Part shown: in pieces, positions 40,134 through 51,868 of the stretch | Layout of the letters: every line of letters begins with the position of its first letter | Numbering within the stretch: the stretch's first letter is position 1 | Source: Mycobacteriales bacterium | Lineage (GTDB): Bacteria > Actinomycetota > Actinomycetes > Mycobacteriales > Mycobacteriaceae | Direction: 5' to 3' | Assembly (NCBI GenBank): GCA_018376445.1 | Contig: JAHABL010000001.1 | Coordinates: 278,111 to 342,110, forward strand | Length of the DNA stretch: 64,000 bases | Made by a program: the position numbers and the translations under genes | Notes under the pieces: generated by a model | Database searches by the model: none | What the model was told of the DNA's origin: nothing | Seen by the model: only the letters and a program-made list of their open reading frames with translations

Positions 40134-40367
40134 GTGAGCGTCACCGTCTACACCAAGCCCGCCTGTATGCAGTGCAAGGCCACCCAGAAGGCCCTCAATA
40201 ACGCCGGTATTGAATTCGAACTGGTGGACATTTCTCTCGACGACGAAGCCCGTGAATACGTCCTTGCCCTCGGTTACCTGCAGGCACCGGTCGTCGTCAC
40301 CGAAGAAACCCACTGGAGCGGTTTCCGCCCTGACCTCATCAACAAGTACGTTGTACAGGCTGCCTAA
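40134..40367 (+). CDS. nrdH: Glutaredoxin-like protein NrdH.
   Basis: CMQC redox motif. 77 aa. GTG start with RBS gaagga. Confidence 0.85.
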   Translation: MSVTVYTKPACMQCKATQKALNNAGIEFELVDISLDDEAREYVLALGYLQAPVVVTEETHWSGFRPDLINKYVVQAA

Positions 40368-40472
40368 CCGCCTACGCAGAACCGCGTACCGAACGAGGAG
40401 ACACCCGTCACCCTCCCCTAGCAGCCACAACCGCAACGCCGTCACCGCATAGCACATATGTAGTGGGCGGCG

Positions 40473-42722
40473 TTGACGCGTGTATTACACCCCAATGCTA
40501 AAAATGATCAGGTAACCACACCAGCGAACTCCACGGAGCGCACAACCGACGAGGCAGAGGAGAGAAAAACGACCATGGGCGAAAAGAAGATCCTGACCGA
40601 TGAACATGGACAGCCCCTTGACTACCACTCGCTGAATGCGATGCTGAATATCTACGACGACAACGGACAGATCCGTTTCGAGTCCGACCGGGAAGCAGCC
40701 CGCCAATTCTTCCTCCAGCACGTCAACCAAAACACCGTCTTCTTCCACACCCTCCGAGAGAAGCTCGAATTCCTCCTGGAAAATGATTACTACGAAGAAG
40801 ACGTCATCAATCAATACTCCTTCGAGTTCATCAAAAGCCTCTTCCAACAGGCCTACGCACACCGCTTCCGCTTCAAGACCTTCCTGGGAGCTTACAAGTA
40901 CTACACCAGCTACACGCTGAAAACTTTCGACGGCAGCCGCTACCTCGAACGCTACGAAGACCGCGTATGCATGGTCGCCCTTGCACTCGCTGAAGGCAAC
41001 GAGCAGATGGCCCGCGACATCGTCGAAGAAATCATCACCGGCCGCCTGCAGCCCGCCACCCCCACTTTCCTCAATGAAGGCAAGAAACAACGCGGTGAAC
41101 CCGTCTCCTGCTTCCTCCTACGCATCGAAGACAACATGGAGTCCATCGGCCGTGCCATTAACTCCTCCCTACAGCTCTCCAAGCGTGGCGGTGGCGTCGC
41201 GCTCCTCCTCACCAACCTGCGCGAACAAGGTGCCCCTATCAAGCGCATTGAAAACCAGTCCTCCGGCGTCGTCCCCGTCATGAAACTCCTGGAGGACTCC
41301 TTCTCTTACGCCAACCAGCTGGGTGCCCGCCAAGGTGCAGGTGCTGTGTACCTTCACGCCCACCACCCCGACATCATGCGGTTCCTCGACACAAAACGCG
41401 AAAACGCCGACGAGAAGATCCGCATCAAGTCCCTCTCACTCGGTGTCGTTATCCCCGACATCACCTTCGAGCTTGCCCGCAACAACGAAGACATGTACCT
41501 CTTCAGTCCATACGACGTTGAACGTGTCTACGGTAAGGCCTTCTCCGACATCAACGTCACCGAGAAGTACCGTGAAATGGTCAACGACCAGCGCATCAAG
41601 AAGTACAAGATCAACGCCCGCAAGTTCTTCCAGACACTCGCCACCATCCAATTCGAATCCGGCTACCCGTACATCGTCTACGAAGACACCGCCAACCGTG
41701 CAAACCCCATCGAGGGCAAAATCACCATGTCGAACCTCTGTTCCGAGATTCTGCAGGTGTCCACCCCCTCCACCTACAACGACGACCTCAGCTACTCACA
41801 TGTCGGCCGTGACATCAGCTGCAACCTCGGCTCCATGAACATCGCTATGGCCATGGATTCCCCCGACTTCGGCAAATCCGTGGAAACCGCCATCCGTGCC
41901 CTCACAGCCGTCTCCGACCAAACCAACATCCAGTCGGTCCCCTCCATCGCCCGAGCTAACTCTGAAGGCCACGCCATCGGCCTCGGCCAGATGAACCTGC
42001 ATGGCTACCTCGCCCGCGAATCCGTTCACTATGGCTCCGAGGAAGCTCTCGACTTCACCAACATCTACTTCTACTGTGTCCTCTACTACGCCCTCAAGGC
42101 ATCCCATCAACTCGCAGTAGAACGCAATAGCCGCTTCTTCAACTTCGAGAAGTCCAAGTATGCCACCGGCGAGTTCTTCGACAAGTACATCGAGAAAGAG
42201 TGGGCCCCCGTCACCGACAAAGCCAAGGAACTCTTCGCGAAGTCCAGCGTCCAGATCCCCACACAGGAGGACTGGAAGAAACTCCGCGACGACATCATGC
42301 GCGACGGCATCTACAACCAGAACCTACAGGCAATCCCGCCCACCGGTTCCATCTCCTACATCAACAACTCCACTTCCTCGATCCACCCGATTGTCTCCAA
42401 GATCGAAATTCGCAAGGAAGGCAAGATCGGCCGCGTCTACTACCCGGCTCCGTTTATGACGAACGACAATCTGGAGTACTACACCGACGCATACGAACTG
42501 GGATACAAGCCCATCGTCGACACCTACGCGATGGCCACCCAGCATGTGGACCAGGGCCTGTCTCTCACCCTCTTCTTCCCCGATACCGCCACCACCCGCG
42601 ATATCAATAAGGCCCAGATCTACGCATACTCCAAGGGAATTAAGTCCCTCTACTACATCCGTCTCCGCCAAATGGCGTTGGAAGGAACAGAAGTCGAGGG
42701 CTGCGTGTCCTGCATGCTCTAA
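40473..42722 (+). CDS. nrdE: Class Ib ribonucleotide reductase alpha subunit. The start may instead be MGEKKIL at 40575.
   Basis: Length and conserved RNR motifs (active-site NLCSEI, C-terminal CVSCML). Confidence 0.9.
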   Translation: MTRVLHPNAKNDQVTTPANSTERTTDEAEERKTTMGEKKILTDEHGQPLDYHSLNAMLNIYDDNGQIRFESDREAARQFFLQHVNQNTVFFHTLREKLEFLLENDYYEEDVINQYSFEFIKSLFQQAYAHRFRFKTFLGAYKYYTSYTLKTFDGSRYLERYEDRVCMVALALAEGNEQMARDIVEEIITGRLQPATPTFLNEGKKQRGEPVSCFLLRIEDNMESIGRAINSSLQLSKRGGGVALLLTNLREQGAPIKRIENQSSGVVPVMKLLEDSFSYANQLGARQGAGAVYLHAHHPDIMRFLDTKRENADEKIRIKSLSLGVVIPDITFELARNNEDMYLFSPYDVERVYGKAFSDINVTEKYREMVNDQRIKKYKINARKFFQTLATIQFESGYPYIVYEDTANRANPIEGKITMSNLCSEILQVSTPSTYNDDLSYSHVGRDISCNLGSMNIAMAMDSPDFGKSVETAIRALTAVSDQTNIQSVPSIARANSEGHAIGLGQMNLHGYLARESVHYGSEEALDFTNIYFYCVLYYALKASHQLAVERNSRFFNFEKSKYATGEFFDKYIEKEWAPVTDKAKELFAKSSVQIPTQEDWKKLRDDIMRDGIYNQNLQAIPPTGSISYINNSTSSIHPIVSKIEIRKEGKIGRVYYPAPFMTNDNLEYYTDAYELGYKPIVDTYAMATQHVDQGLSLTLFFPDTATTRDINKAQIYAYSKGIKSLYYIRLRQMALEGTEVEGCVSCML

Positions 42723-42835
42723 CCAAAGACACACTGACGCCCTGCCGGGGAAGGCAGGGCGTCAGTTTTTGACCTCCTGCACCTGGCCAGGAACAATAAG
42801 ATCTATCGAGCTCCACCGCGATATAAGGACGCAGC

Positions 42836-44041
42836 ATGAAGAAAGCGGATACTGTTCTCGTCACCGTTACAGGAAGGGATAAGCCCGGCATTACGTCCGC
42901 CCTCATGGGCATACTCGGCAAACACAACGCCGTTCTCCTCGACGTCCAACAGGTAGTCATCCGTGGCCGTCTCATCCTCACCGCACTCATCGAGCGTCTC
43001 CCACACTGCGGTGCACTCGTCACCGACATTGAAAACGCGATGACGGCACTGGGCATGGATGCCGACATTGAAATTGGCTCCGACCCAGTCGGTTCCGCTG
43101 CCAACGCCACCCACACCATTCTCATTCTGGGCCGTCCCGTCACCGCAGAAGCCTTCTCCCGCATCGCAGGAACGCTCGCTGAACTAGGCGTCAACATTGC
43201 CACAATTAACGGCATTGCCGACTATCCGGTCACCGGCATCTCCCTGCAAATCGTGGCCCGCAATGCCTCCGGCGAGCGTATCTCTGGCATTCGCGCTGCC
43301 CTCGCCAAACTGTCCACTGAATTGGGCGTCGATATTTCCTTCGAACCAGACGCCCACGCCCGCCGTGCTCAGCGCCTCATCGTCTTCGATGTCGATTCCA
43401 CCCTTATCCAGGGAGAAGTCATTGAAATGCTGGCCGCACACGCCGGGAAGGAAGCCGAAGTAAAGGAGATTACCGACCGTGCCATGCGCGGCGAGATCGA
43501 CTTTGCCGAGTCCCTCCGCGAACGCGTTGCCACCCTAGAAGGGCTTCCAGCCACCATTATCGACGAAGTCGCCCAGTCCATCGTGCTGACCCCCGGGGCA
43601 CGCACCACCATCCGCACCCTCAAGCACCTTGGCTTCAAGTGTGGTGTTGTGTCCGGTGGTTTCAACCAGGTTATTGCCCCCTTGGCGAAGAGTCTGGAAC
43701 TGGACTTCATGCGCGCCAACGAACTCGACATTAAGGATGGGATCCTTACCGGTAAGGTCAATGGGGCTATCGTCGACCGTGCCGGGAAAGCCAAAGCACT
43801 CACAGAATTCGCTGCACAGGAACGCATTCCCCTTTGGCAAACCGTGGCAGTGGGAGACGGTGCCAACGACATCGACATGTTGAAGACCGCCGGCATGGGT
43901 ATCGCGTTCAACGCCAAGCCCGCGCTGCGCACAGTAGCCGACAACTCCGTCAACTTCCCCTACCTGGATGAGGTGCTCTTCATGTTGGGCATCACCCGCT
44001 CCCAGGTAGTGGCAGTAAACGGCGATATTCGCCGCGACTAA
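42836..44041 (+). CDS. serB: Phosphoserine phosphatase with N-terminal ACT domains (SerB2-type).
   Basis: HAD motifs FDVDSTL and VAVGDGANDIDM, preceded by two ACT-like repeats. Confidence 0.85.
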   Translation: MKKADTVLVTVTGRDKPGITSALMGILGKHNAVLLDVQQVVIRGRLILTALIERLPHCGALVTDIENAMTALGMDADIEIGSDPVGSAANATHTILILGRPVTAEAFSRIAGTLAELGVNIATINGIADYPVTGISLQIVARNASGERISGIRAALAKLSTELGVDISFEPDAHARRAQRLIVFDVDSTLIQGEVIEMLAAHAGKEAEVKEITDRAMRGEIDFAESLRERVATLEGLPATIIDEVAQSIVLTPGARTTIRTLKHLGFKCGVVSGGFNQVIAPLAKSLELDFMRANELDIKDGILTGKVNGAIVDRAGKAKALTEFAAQERIPLWQTVAVGDGANDIDMLKTAGMGIAFNAKPALRTVADNSVNFPYLDEVLFMLGITRSQVVAVNGDIRRD

Positions 44042-44299
44042 TCTCCACCACAGCCAACCCGCAATGACGGATTTCCATAGCGGCTAGGCGCGCTCTAACG
44101 AGTTCCCGCAGTGTATTGCCCCCACAGCGTATGGTTCTCACAGTGGCGTACGTCGTCGTCCTACCAGAGCCGGCCCCGCTCCACTAGCTAAAGAATCCGC
44201 CCCCGGTCACGCCAAAGACCAGGGGCGAATCCTCTGTAGACGGCGGTGCACAAGCCCAGCGAAGTGGGGGATCACCAGTACGACGAGTCCTTCGGGGAG

Positions 44300-46063
44300 T
44301 TACTTCGGCAGGAAGTTGTAGCGCCGCATAATCTCTCCAATAACTGTCTTGTCCAGGAACTTCACCAGCGGACGACGGAGAAAACCGGGGATCTTCTGAA
44401 GCGGGGTTTCACCATCCATCATCTTGATGGTGGACTCCATGAGGGTACGGACGTCATAGACGGAGCCGAAGACTTCAGGAACACCACGGTCTACGTCACA
44501 GAGAGTGTAGACGGACTCCATGCCGGAGCGGACAGAGTACTCGGTGGTGAAGATGGTGTCGCGGGGGATCTCGGCGAACTGGCCGATGAAGGCGAAGTTC
44601 TGGGAGCCGTCCGGGACGACCTTGGGCCGGTCGCTGTTTTCACGCGGCATAAAGAAAGCAGTGATAAAGGGCATCATGACCGGAATGCAGTGGGCAGAGT
44701 GGGCTGCCATCTCGGGGATCTGCTCCTGCGGTACGCCAATGTGGTAAAGCCACTCGGCGGTGATTTCCTCGCCAGTGCAGTCGCGCATCGGCTTCTTAAT
44801 GTAGTCGCCCGGGCGATCAGTGAAGAGACTGTAGATCCATACCACAATTTGGTCGTCGGTCTGTGCCTTGAAGTGTGGCTGGCGGTTGATGGTCCAGGAC
44901 ATCAGCCAGTTGGAGTCCTTCACGGTGACAATACCGCCGGTAACGACCCGCCCGGAGAGCGCATCGCGCTTCGTGATCTTCTCGATATAGGGGCGGATCT
45001 TGTTATCCAGGGTGGTGAGGGTTGCGGATTCCCAGTTGGTGAGGTCAGTTTGGGTGCAGTACCGCTCTGGGTTGCCGAAAGAATCGTGTTGCTTGGCGAT
45101 GTTGCGCCACATTTCCCAGCATCCCACCGGCTCGGTATTGAAGGCTGCCGGGGTGTCATGGTCACCGTTGGCGGATCCCTCGGTGCAGGAACCATTGGTG
45201 ATGAAGACGAGGTCATTCTTGGTGAGGTCGATCGTCAGGGGATTCCCTTGATGAGTGCCGACAATCTGCACGGCAGTCTTCTTCTCGCCGCGGATATCGA
45301 ATTTCACATTGCTGACGGTGGTATCGAACTGGAAATTCACTCCTGCCGCACGGAGGTATTCCACTAGCGGCTTGATGAGAGACTCGAACTGGTTGAACTT
45401 TGTGAATTTCAGCGCCGTGAAGTCCGGGAGCCCACCAATATGGTGAATGAAACGCTGTAGGTAGCGGCGCATCTCAGTGGCGGAGTGCCAGGGTTCGAAG
45501 GCAAACATCGTGCGCCAGTAGAGCCAGAAGTTCGATTCGAAGAATTCCGGGTCGAGAACATCCGTGATCTTCTTGTGGTCAAGTTCTTCCTCTTTGGCGA
45601 GGAAGAGCTTCATGATGCTACGGGAGGCCTTGTCGGAGAGCCCAAACTTTCCGTTAGTGTGGGCGTCCTCGCCTTGCCGGACGGTGGCACGGCAGAGCGA
45701 GTAGTTGGGGTCGTCTTTGTTGAGCCAGTAGTACTCGTCCAGGACAGAAACTCCCTCGGTTTCTACTGAGGGGATAGAACGGAAGAGATCCCAGAGGCAT
45801 TCGAAATGGTTTTCCATTTCGCGTCCACCGCGAATGATGAAGCCTTTGTTGGGGTCTTTGATGCCGTCGCAGGCTCCGCCGGGAAGTGACATGGATTCCA
45901 GAATGGTGATACGGGATCCATCCATCTGGGCGTCGCGGACAAGGAAGGCTGCGGCAGACAGGCCGGCAAGGCCAGCGCCAATAATGTAGGCACTCTTTTC
46001 ATCAATGCCTTCGGGTTTACGGGGACGCGCAAACGCTTCGTAGTTGCCGTTGCTGTAGTACAA
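44300..46063 (-). CDS. Oleate hydratase (myosin-cross-reactive antigen family, FAD-dependent fatty-acid hydratase).
   Basis: N-terminal FAD motif YIIGAGLAGLSAAAFL. Length of 587 aa and conserved MCRA blocks. Confidence 0.85.
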   Translation of the reverse strand: MYYSNGNYEAFARPRKPEGIDEKSAYIIGAGLAGLSAAAFLVRDAQMDGSRITILESMSLPGGACDGIKDPNKGFIIRGGREMENHFECLWDLFRSIPSVETEGVSVLDEYYWLNKDDPNYSLCRATVRQGEDAHTNGKFGLSDKASRSIMKLFLAKEEELDHKKITDVLDPEFFESNFWLYWRTMFAFEPWHSATEMRRYLQRFIHHIGGLPDFTALKFTKFNQFESLIKPLVEYLRAAGVNFQFDTTVSNVKFDIRGEKKTAVQIVGTHQGNPLTIDLTKNDLVFITNGSCTEGSANGDHDTPAAFNTEPVGCWEMWRNIAKQHDSFGNPERYCTQTDLTNWESATLTTLDNKIRPYIEKITKRDALSGRVVTGGIVTVKDSNWLMSWTINRQPHFKAQTDDQIVVWIYSLFTDRPGDYIKKPMRDCTGEEITAEWLYHIGVPQEQIPEMAAHSAHCIPVMMPFITAFFMPRENSDRPKVVPDGSQNFAFIGQFAEIPRDTIFTTEYSVRSGMESVYTLCDVDRGVPEVFGSVYDVRTLMESTIKMMDGETPLQKIPGFLRRPLVKFLDKTVIGEIMRRYNFLPK

Positions 46064-46511
46064 GGGGGTGTCCTTTCAGGCGGAGTCATTCCTCGAAGCC
46101 TTTTACCACATGCTGCTTTCGGTAGCTCATGGGTAATCAGGGGGAAGGTGACGACGCTATAGGGGCATGTGGGTTTTAACTGCAGCGCCATTCCGTCGAA
46201 TGGCTCGATGTCGGCCGACAACACTCACTCCATCGATGCACCGCAGTAGAGTGTTACAACTCGCTGGTAACCCGTACGGGAAAAACGCTGCCGCGTGTCT
46301 AGTGAAGCGGTAACTCGAATCCCTTCGGTGCCATGTTTGTGCAGGTAAAGAGGACAACTGTGGGAAAGTCAGGGGAGGAAAACTATTGTCCGATATACTT
46401 GGCTTGAGTACCGTGGCAGTGGTGTCCACGGCCTTCCTTAAACAGGCACTACGTTCGCGCGTTTCACAACACTCGTGTACTGACCGCACTCGCCACTTAC
46501 AAGGAAGCACA

Positions 46512-47156
46512 ATGGTGGAGAAACTACGCACCAAGGACCTGCTCAACCTCGGTATTTTTGGCACCATCTACATGGTCGTTGTGACCATTCTCGGGGTAGC
46601 GGGAGCCGCTACGCCGGGCTTATTGTTTGGCACGATGGTGGTAGCCGCTTTCGTGAACGGTACTGTGTTTATGATGTACCTCACCCGGGTGGATCGCTTT
46701 GGGATGGTGGTCGTGCTGGCCCTCCTCATGGCTCTTATCATGATGGCTATTGGCCGTTCTTGGACCACGGTGTTCACGGCACTCGTTTTTGGCCTGCTTG
46801 CGGAGTTTATTCTGGCGCTGACGAAGTACCGGAATACGGTCGCCACCATTTTCGCCTATGCGGTGTTTACCCTCTGGTTCATCGGTCCGCTCCTCCCCAT
46901 CATTTGGTTCGCTGATGACTACTTCCAGTCTGCAGCCCAAGAGAACGGTGCCAACTACGCCCACGAGATGATGAACTTCTTTACCGTGCCGGTGATTGTC
47001 GCTTTCGGTGCCACTATCTTTGTGGTCGGCGCGTTGGGCGCATGGCTGGGGTCTGTTCTCATCAAGCGTCACTATGCCAAGGCCGGAACGGTAGCGGGAG
47101 CAGCTCCGCAGGAGACGGATGTCGACGCGCGGGATAATCCAGAGGAAACTCTGTAA
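46512..47156 (+). CDS. Polytopic membrane protein, possibly an ECF-transporter S-component-like (Trep_Strep-type) protein.
   Basis: Five or six transmembrane helices. Start at ATG 46512 with RBS aaggaag. The ORF track start at 46386 is probably too early. Confidence 0.5.
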   Translation: MVEKLRTKDLLNLGIFGTIYMVVVTILGVAGAATPGLLFGTMVVAAFVNGTVFMMYLTRVDRFGMVVVLALLMALIMMAIGRSWTTVFTALVFGLLAEFILALTKYRNTVATIFAYAVFTLWFIGPLLPIIWFADDYFQSAAQENGANYAHEMMNFFTVPVIVAFGATIFVVGALGAWLGSVLIKRHYAKAGTVAGAAPQETDVDARDNPEETL

Positions 47157-47269
47157 GGCTTTGTACGCCACCGATGCTGACGACGGTACAGTTACCCCCT
47201 AGCGAAAACCTCCTGACGCCCCTTCTCCTACTCGATACCCTGGAAATAACCGAGAGAAAGGGTTTTCTA

Positions 47270-48241
47270 ATGCCAACGACACCAGCAACCCGTGTTATCT
47301 ACTTGGCAGGAGGCTGTTTCTGGGGAGTAGAAGGATACTTTCAGCGTCTCTCAGGAGTGGTCGACACCGAAGTAGGCTACGCCAACGGAGTAAGTGCCGA
47401 CACTAGCTACCATGACATTGCTAAAACTGGCCATGCCGAGACCCTTAAGCTCACCTACAACCCCGCGCGTCTCTGCCTAGTGGAGATCCTGCTGCACTAC
47501 TTCCGCATCATCGACCCACTCAGCCTCAACCAGCAAGGAAACGACCGCGGCACCCAATACCGCACCGGCATCTACTGGGAGGGTACGGCAGACGACGCCA
47601 CTGCCCGCAGCGTTCACCGCTTCCTGAACCTCCAACAGGCAAACTTCAGCTACCCCATCCAGGTAGAGGCAGAACCACTCCGCAACTTCTGTCCGGCAGA
47701 GGACTACCACCAGGATTACCTGCAGAAGAATCCGGGTGGCTACTGCCATATCAGCCTCGCTGCGGCAGACCGCCCCCTCGACCCCACCGACTATCCCACT
47801 CCCAGCCGGGAGGAGATTCTCGAAAAACTCACCACGGAGCAGTTCCGTGTAACCCAACAGAAGGACACTGAACGCCCCTTCAGCAGCGAATACGACGCAT
47901 TCAACGAACCAGGTATTTATGTTGATGTGGTGACGGGCCAGCCCCTGTTCTCTTCGGACGACAAGTACGACGCCGGTTGCGGCTGGCCCAGCTTCACCCG
48001 CCCCATGATCGGTGACGCACTCAACTACGAAGAGGACTTCAGCCACGGGATGCACCGTATGGAAGTCACCTCCAGCAAGGGTGAGAGCCATCTGGGTCAT
48101 GTTTTCCCCGATGGTCCGCGTGCGGAAGGCGGACATCGGTACTGCATTAACGGGGCTAGCCTACGTTTCGTCCCCCTCGCACAGATGGAGGAGGAAGGCT
48201 ATGGCCGTTACCTCCCGTTTGTCACACCCCGGGACCAGTGA
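47270..48241 (+). CDS. msrAB: Bifunctional peptide methionine sulfoxide reductase, an MsrA-MsrB fusion.
   Basis: MsrA GCFWG motif. MsrB CGWPSF and RYCINGASL motifs. Confidence 0.85.
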   Translation: MPTTPATRVIYLAGGCFWGVEGYFQRLSGVVDTEVGYANGVSADTSYHDIAKTGHAETLKLTYNPARLCLVEILLHYFRIIDPLSLNQQGNDRGTQYRTGIYWEGTADDATARSVHRFLNLQQANFSYPIQVEAEPLRNFCPAEDYHQDYLQKNPGGYCHISLAAADRPLDPTDYPTPSREEILEKLTTEQFRVTQQKDTERPFSSEYDAFNEPGIYVDVVTGQPLFSSDDKYDAGCGWPSFTRPMIGDALNYEEDFSHGMHRMEVTSSKGESHLGHVFPDGPRAEGGHRYCINGASLRFVPLAQMEEEGYGRYLPFVTPRDQ

Positions 48242-48269
48242 CCCGTATACTCCGAGCGGGTGGTGACTA

Positions 48270-50378
48270 CTAGTCTGCTTGTGTCGTTATACGTCGCAAG
48301 GACTGCAGGACAACCTCAGTGTTGGTGGTTTCCCAATAAGAGGGAAGGCTTTGCCGGAGGAAACTGCCGTAGCGTGCCGTCACCAATCGCGGGTCCATTA
48401 CAGCAATGACGCCCCTGTCGGTAGTTGAGCGCAGAAGCCGGCCTGTGCCCTGTGCTAAAAGCAGGGCAGCATGGGCAGCGGCAACCGACATAAAGCCATT
48501 CCCACCGTGCTGGTTGACGAAATCGAGCCGGGCGGACATGAGCGGATCGTCCGGTCGTGGGAAGGGTATGCGGTCAATAATGACGAGGGAACAGGACGGC
48601 CCTGGGACATCTACACCCTGCCAGAGACCGAGGGTGCCCACCAGGACACTTTCTTCCTGCTCAGCAAAGTCGGCAATGAGCGAACTCATGGTGTCTTGCC
48701 CCTGCCGCAATACCTGATAGGGCACATGCTCATCCAGATAGGCCGCGACATCATCGGCGGCACGCCGCGAACTGCACAATACTAACGTGCGTCCACCGGC
48801 AGCACTGACGAGCTCTTCCATCCGTTCGAGTATCGCAAGCTGGGTGGGGCCTTGCAAAGGGCTAGGGAGATCCCGCGCAATATAGAGGATTCCTGCTGTG
48901 CGGTGGGAGAACGGAGATCCCACGTCCAGGCTGCTCCATGCGACAGGGGAATGGGCACCACCATAGCAACGTAGGTCACTGTTGGGCTCCACCTCCCGGA
49001 GATCTTCCGTCAGATTGGGGTCCCGAGATGTTGCCATGTCGGTGAGAGGGGAGGCCTCGCGTTCTTCTTCGGGTAGGCCCCACTGTCGTGCCATAGTGCG
49101 GAAAGAACCTCCTGCCTGCAGAGTTGCCGAGGTGAGAATGACGGTGGACTCTGCGAACAAGCGGTCGCGCAGTACTGCAGCAACAGAAAGCGGGGCGACA
49201 TGGATTTCGTGACCACGGCGTTCCGGCATGCTCATCCAGACCACGTGGGTGGGGGACTCTGCGAGCACCACATCGCACACGTCGACAATCTGGTTGAGTC
49301 CACCGATGGATTGCTTCTTTGCGGCGGCGTTTTTCGGGTCGGAGACGATGTCTGCTTCCTTCACCGGACCGAGGGCTGTTAGCAGGGTGGTAGCAGTAGA
49401 GCGGAGGAGAGTCAGTGCGGAGACCTGTGTGTCGTCTAGGGCAGTCCAGCGTCCAATAGGGCTGGATTCCAGAGCGGCGGAGAGGCGCTCTACGCTCTCG
49501 AGGAAATTGTCAACGTCGCTATCGCTAAGGAAATGGATGAGGCGTTTTCCTAGAATATCGAGGCCGGCGGTGGATAGTGTGCCGGATATGACGTTGGTGA
49601 CGCGGCTCTCAAGCTCGTGGGCTTCATCGACTATAACGACGTCATGATCGGGGAGAAGGTCAATGGGGGAGGCGGCGTCAATTGCTAGCATGGCGTGGTT
49701 AGTGACGATAATGTCTGCCCGGTAGGCCTGCTGGCGGGCCTGTTCCGCGAAGCACTCCTCCCCGAACGGACAGGCTGATGCCCCGATACAGGATTGGGTA
49801 TCGACGGAGACGGTACGCCACACAAGGTCTGAGACGCCGGGTTTGAGGTCGTCGCGGTCCCCACTATGGGTGTCCTGTGCCCATTCGTGGACCCGTTGTG
49901 CTTGTTGGCCCGCCTGGGAGGGAATGAGGGCGTGTGTGCCGTCATCATCCGTATCGGGATCTTCGGCACTGTGGAGCGCGTTCCAGCACAGATAGTTGTT
50001 TCGACCTTTGAGAAGGGCAAAGGTCGGACGGCGGCCAAGGTCCTCTGCCAGCGTATCAACCAAAAGAGGAAGATCTCGGTTGCATAGCTGGCGTTGCAGG
50101 GCGATGGTAGCGGTCGAGACCACGACTGTCTTTCCAGATTCCACAGCATGGCGCAGCGCGGGGACCAGGTATGCTAAGGATTTTCCGGTGCCCGTCCCCG
50201 CCTGAACTGCCAGGTGTTGGCCGGTGGCCATGGCGTGATCAACAGCTGCAGCCATGCGTTGCTGGCCGGTGCGTTCCTGGCCACCCATAGCCGTCACCGC
50301 AGTGTGTAGGAGCTCTGCCACGCTGGGAACCTGGTAGGAGTCAGGTTGTGAGGGAGTAGGGGCAGAAAGGTGGTCCAC
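48270..50378 (-). CDS. dinG: DinG/Rad3-family ATP-dependent DNA helicase.
   Basis: Walker A AGTGTGKSLAYL. DEAH box VIVDEAHEL. 700 aa. Confidence 0.8.
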   Translation of the reverse strand: MDHLSAPTPSQPDSYQVPSVAELLHTAVTAMGGQERTGQQRMAAAVDHAMATGQHLAVQAGTGTGKSLAYLVPALRHAVESGKTVVVSTATIALQRQLCNRDLPLLVDTLAEDLGRRPTFALLKGRNNYLCWNALHSAEDPDTDDDGTHALIPSQAGQQAQRVHEWAQDTHSGDRDDLKPGVSDLVWRTVSVDTQSCIGASACPFGEECFAEQARQQAYRADIIVTNHAMLAIDAASPIDLLPDHDVVIVDEAHELESRVTNVISGTLSTAGLDILGKRLIHFLSDSDVDNFLESVERLSAALESSPIGRWTALDDTQVSALTLLRSTATTLLTALGPVKEADIVSDPKNAAAKKQSIGGLNQIVDVCDVVLAESPTHVVWMSMPERRGHEIHVAPLSVAAVLRDRLFAESTVILTSATLQAGGSFRTMARQWGLPEEEREASPLTDMATSRDPNLTEDLREVEPNSDLRCYGGAHSPVAWSSLDVGSPFSHRTAGILYIARDLPSPLQGPTQLAILERMEELVSAAGGRTLVLCSSRRAADDVAAYLDEHVPYQVLRQGQDTMSSLIADFAEQEESVLVGTLGLWQGVDVPGPSCSLVIIDRIPFPRPDDPLMSARLDFVNQHGGNGFMSVAAAHAALLLAQGTGRLLRSTTDRGVIAVMDPRLVTARYGSFLRQSLPSYWETTNTEVVLQSLRRITTQAD

Positions 50379-50395
50379 GAAGCCCTCACTTCCTC

Positions 50396-51724
50396 CTAGA
50401 AGCCCATAAATTGGGTGGGGATAGCGGGCTCACCGCGAGAGAGGGACAGGCCTTCCCAAGGTAGTTGCTTGAGGTTGTCGTAGAGCAGGGTGCGAGCATC
50501 ATCGAGAGTGGGCAGGTCCTGCTGTACTTCGCCATCTACCACATAGTCAATGGTGAGCTTGTCGCAGTTCAATGTGCCAGTATCGGGGGCTGCTGCACCC
50601 AGCGGGGTGACGATTTCAGACACCATTGTGCCGGTAGCTCGAGAGGTCCGGAAGCCTTGCTTGCTGCCGCCGCGAGTTTCCTTATGGCTGGAGCGTTTGG
50701 CTACCTTTTGGCCGTCCACTTCAACAATCTTGAATACGAGTTCGGCGGTGGGTGCACCAGAGCCGGTCACCAGGGAGGTGCCGACACCGTAGGCATCGAC
50801 AGGTTCGGCGCGTAGTGCAGCAATGGAGTACTCGTCGAGGTCGCCGGACACCACAATGTGTGTGTTGTGGGCGCCTAGAGAGTCCAGCTGTTGACGCACT
50901 TGGCGGGCCAGAACACCCAGATCGCCGGAGTCGATACGGACGCCACCTAACTGCGGGCCAGCAACGTCAATGGCATTGGCGACGCCTTGCGTGATGTCGT
51001 AGGTGTCTACGAGCAGTGTGGTGTCCGTGCCCATAGCCTCCACCTGGTGGCGGAAGGCTGCTCTTTCGTCCGGCTGGTTATCGGAAGTGTGGAGCAGGGT
51101 GAAAGAGTGTGCCGATGTTCCACCGACGGGGATATTCCATCGGTAGCCGGCTGCTAAGTCGGAGGTGCTGGTGAAGCCGGCGATGTAGGCTGCCCGAGCA
51201 GAAGCGACAGCGCTTTCCTCATGAGTGCGGCGCGCGCCCATTTCGATGATGGCGCGCCCATCCGCAGCAGCTGCCATCCGTGCGGCGGCGGTACCGATAG
51301 CACAATCGTGGTTGAGTATGGAGAGGGCGAGAGTCTCTAATACCTGGCATTCAGCGAAGGTACCTTGCAGAGTCAGGATGGGAGAGCCGGGGAAGTAGAG
51401 TTCGCCTTCCCGGTAGCCGCTGATGCTGCCGGAGAAGCGGAAATTGCGCATCCACTCAAGTGTTTCGTCGGAGAGAAAATCGCTGCAGAAGTCAACCTGT
51501 TCGTCGGTAAATCGGAAGTTTTGCAGTTGATCGAGCAGGCGCCCGGTACCGACGACAACTCCGTAGCGGCGGTCGTGGGGGAGACGTCGTCCGAAGATCT
51601 CGAAGGTGGAGTGGCGGCTTGCCAGCGGGGTGCCACTCGCCTTTTCTGCGGTGAGAGCGGCATCCACCATAGTGAGTTCGTACATATCCGTCAGCAGCGC
51701 AGGGGCGCCGCGATAAGTGTTCAT
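50396..51724 (-). CDS. pncB: Nicotinate phosphoribosyltransferase.
   Basis: TDMYELTM N-terminus and NAPRTase blocks. Start taken at MNTYRG (51724). Confidence 0.85.
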   Translation of the reverse strand: MNTYRGAPALLTDMYELTMVDAALTAEKASGTPLASRHSTFEIFGRRLPHDRRYGVVVGTGRLLDQLQNFRFTDEQVDFCSDFLSDETLEWMRNFRFSGSISGYREGELYFPGSPILTLQGTFAECQVLETLALSILNHDCAIGTAAARMAAAADGRAIIEMGARRTHEESAVASARAAYIAGFTSTSDLAAGYRWNIPVGGTSAHSFTLLHTSDNQPDERAAFRHQVEAMGTDTTLLVDTYDITQGVANAIDVAGPQLGGVRIDSGDLGVLARQVRQQLDSLGAHNTHIVVSGDLDEYSIAALRAEPVDAYGVGTSLVTGSGAPTAELVFKIVEVDGQKVAKRSSHKETRGGSKQGFRTSRATGTMVSEIVTPLGAAAPDTGTLNCDKLTIDYVVDGEVQQDLPTLDDARTLLYDNLKQLPWEGLSLSRGEPAIPTQFMGF

Positions 51725-51868
51725 AGGAGCTCTTCTCGGGGTTTTCTCGAGGGTGACCTGTCCTAGTCTACTCAACTTCCGTGTCTCTCAAGTGAACTAC
51801 ACTGGGGTGGACTACTCCGCTAACCAGCATCGGACGGTGTTGGGTGGGAAAGGATAAGGATTACACGC

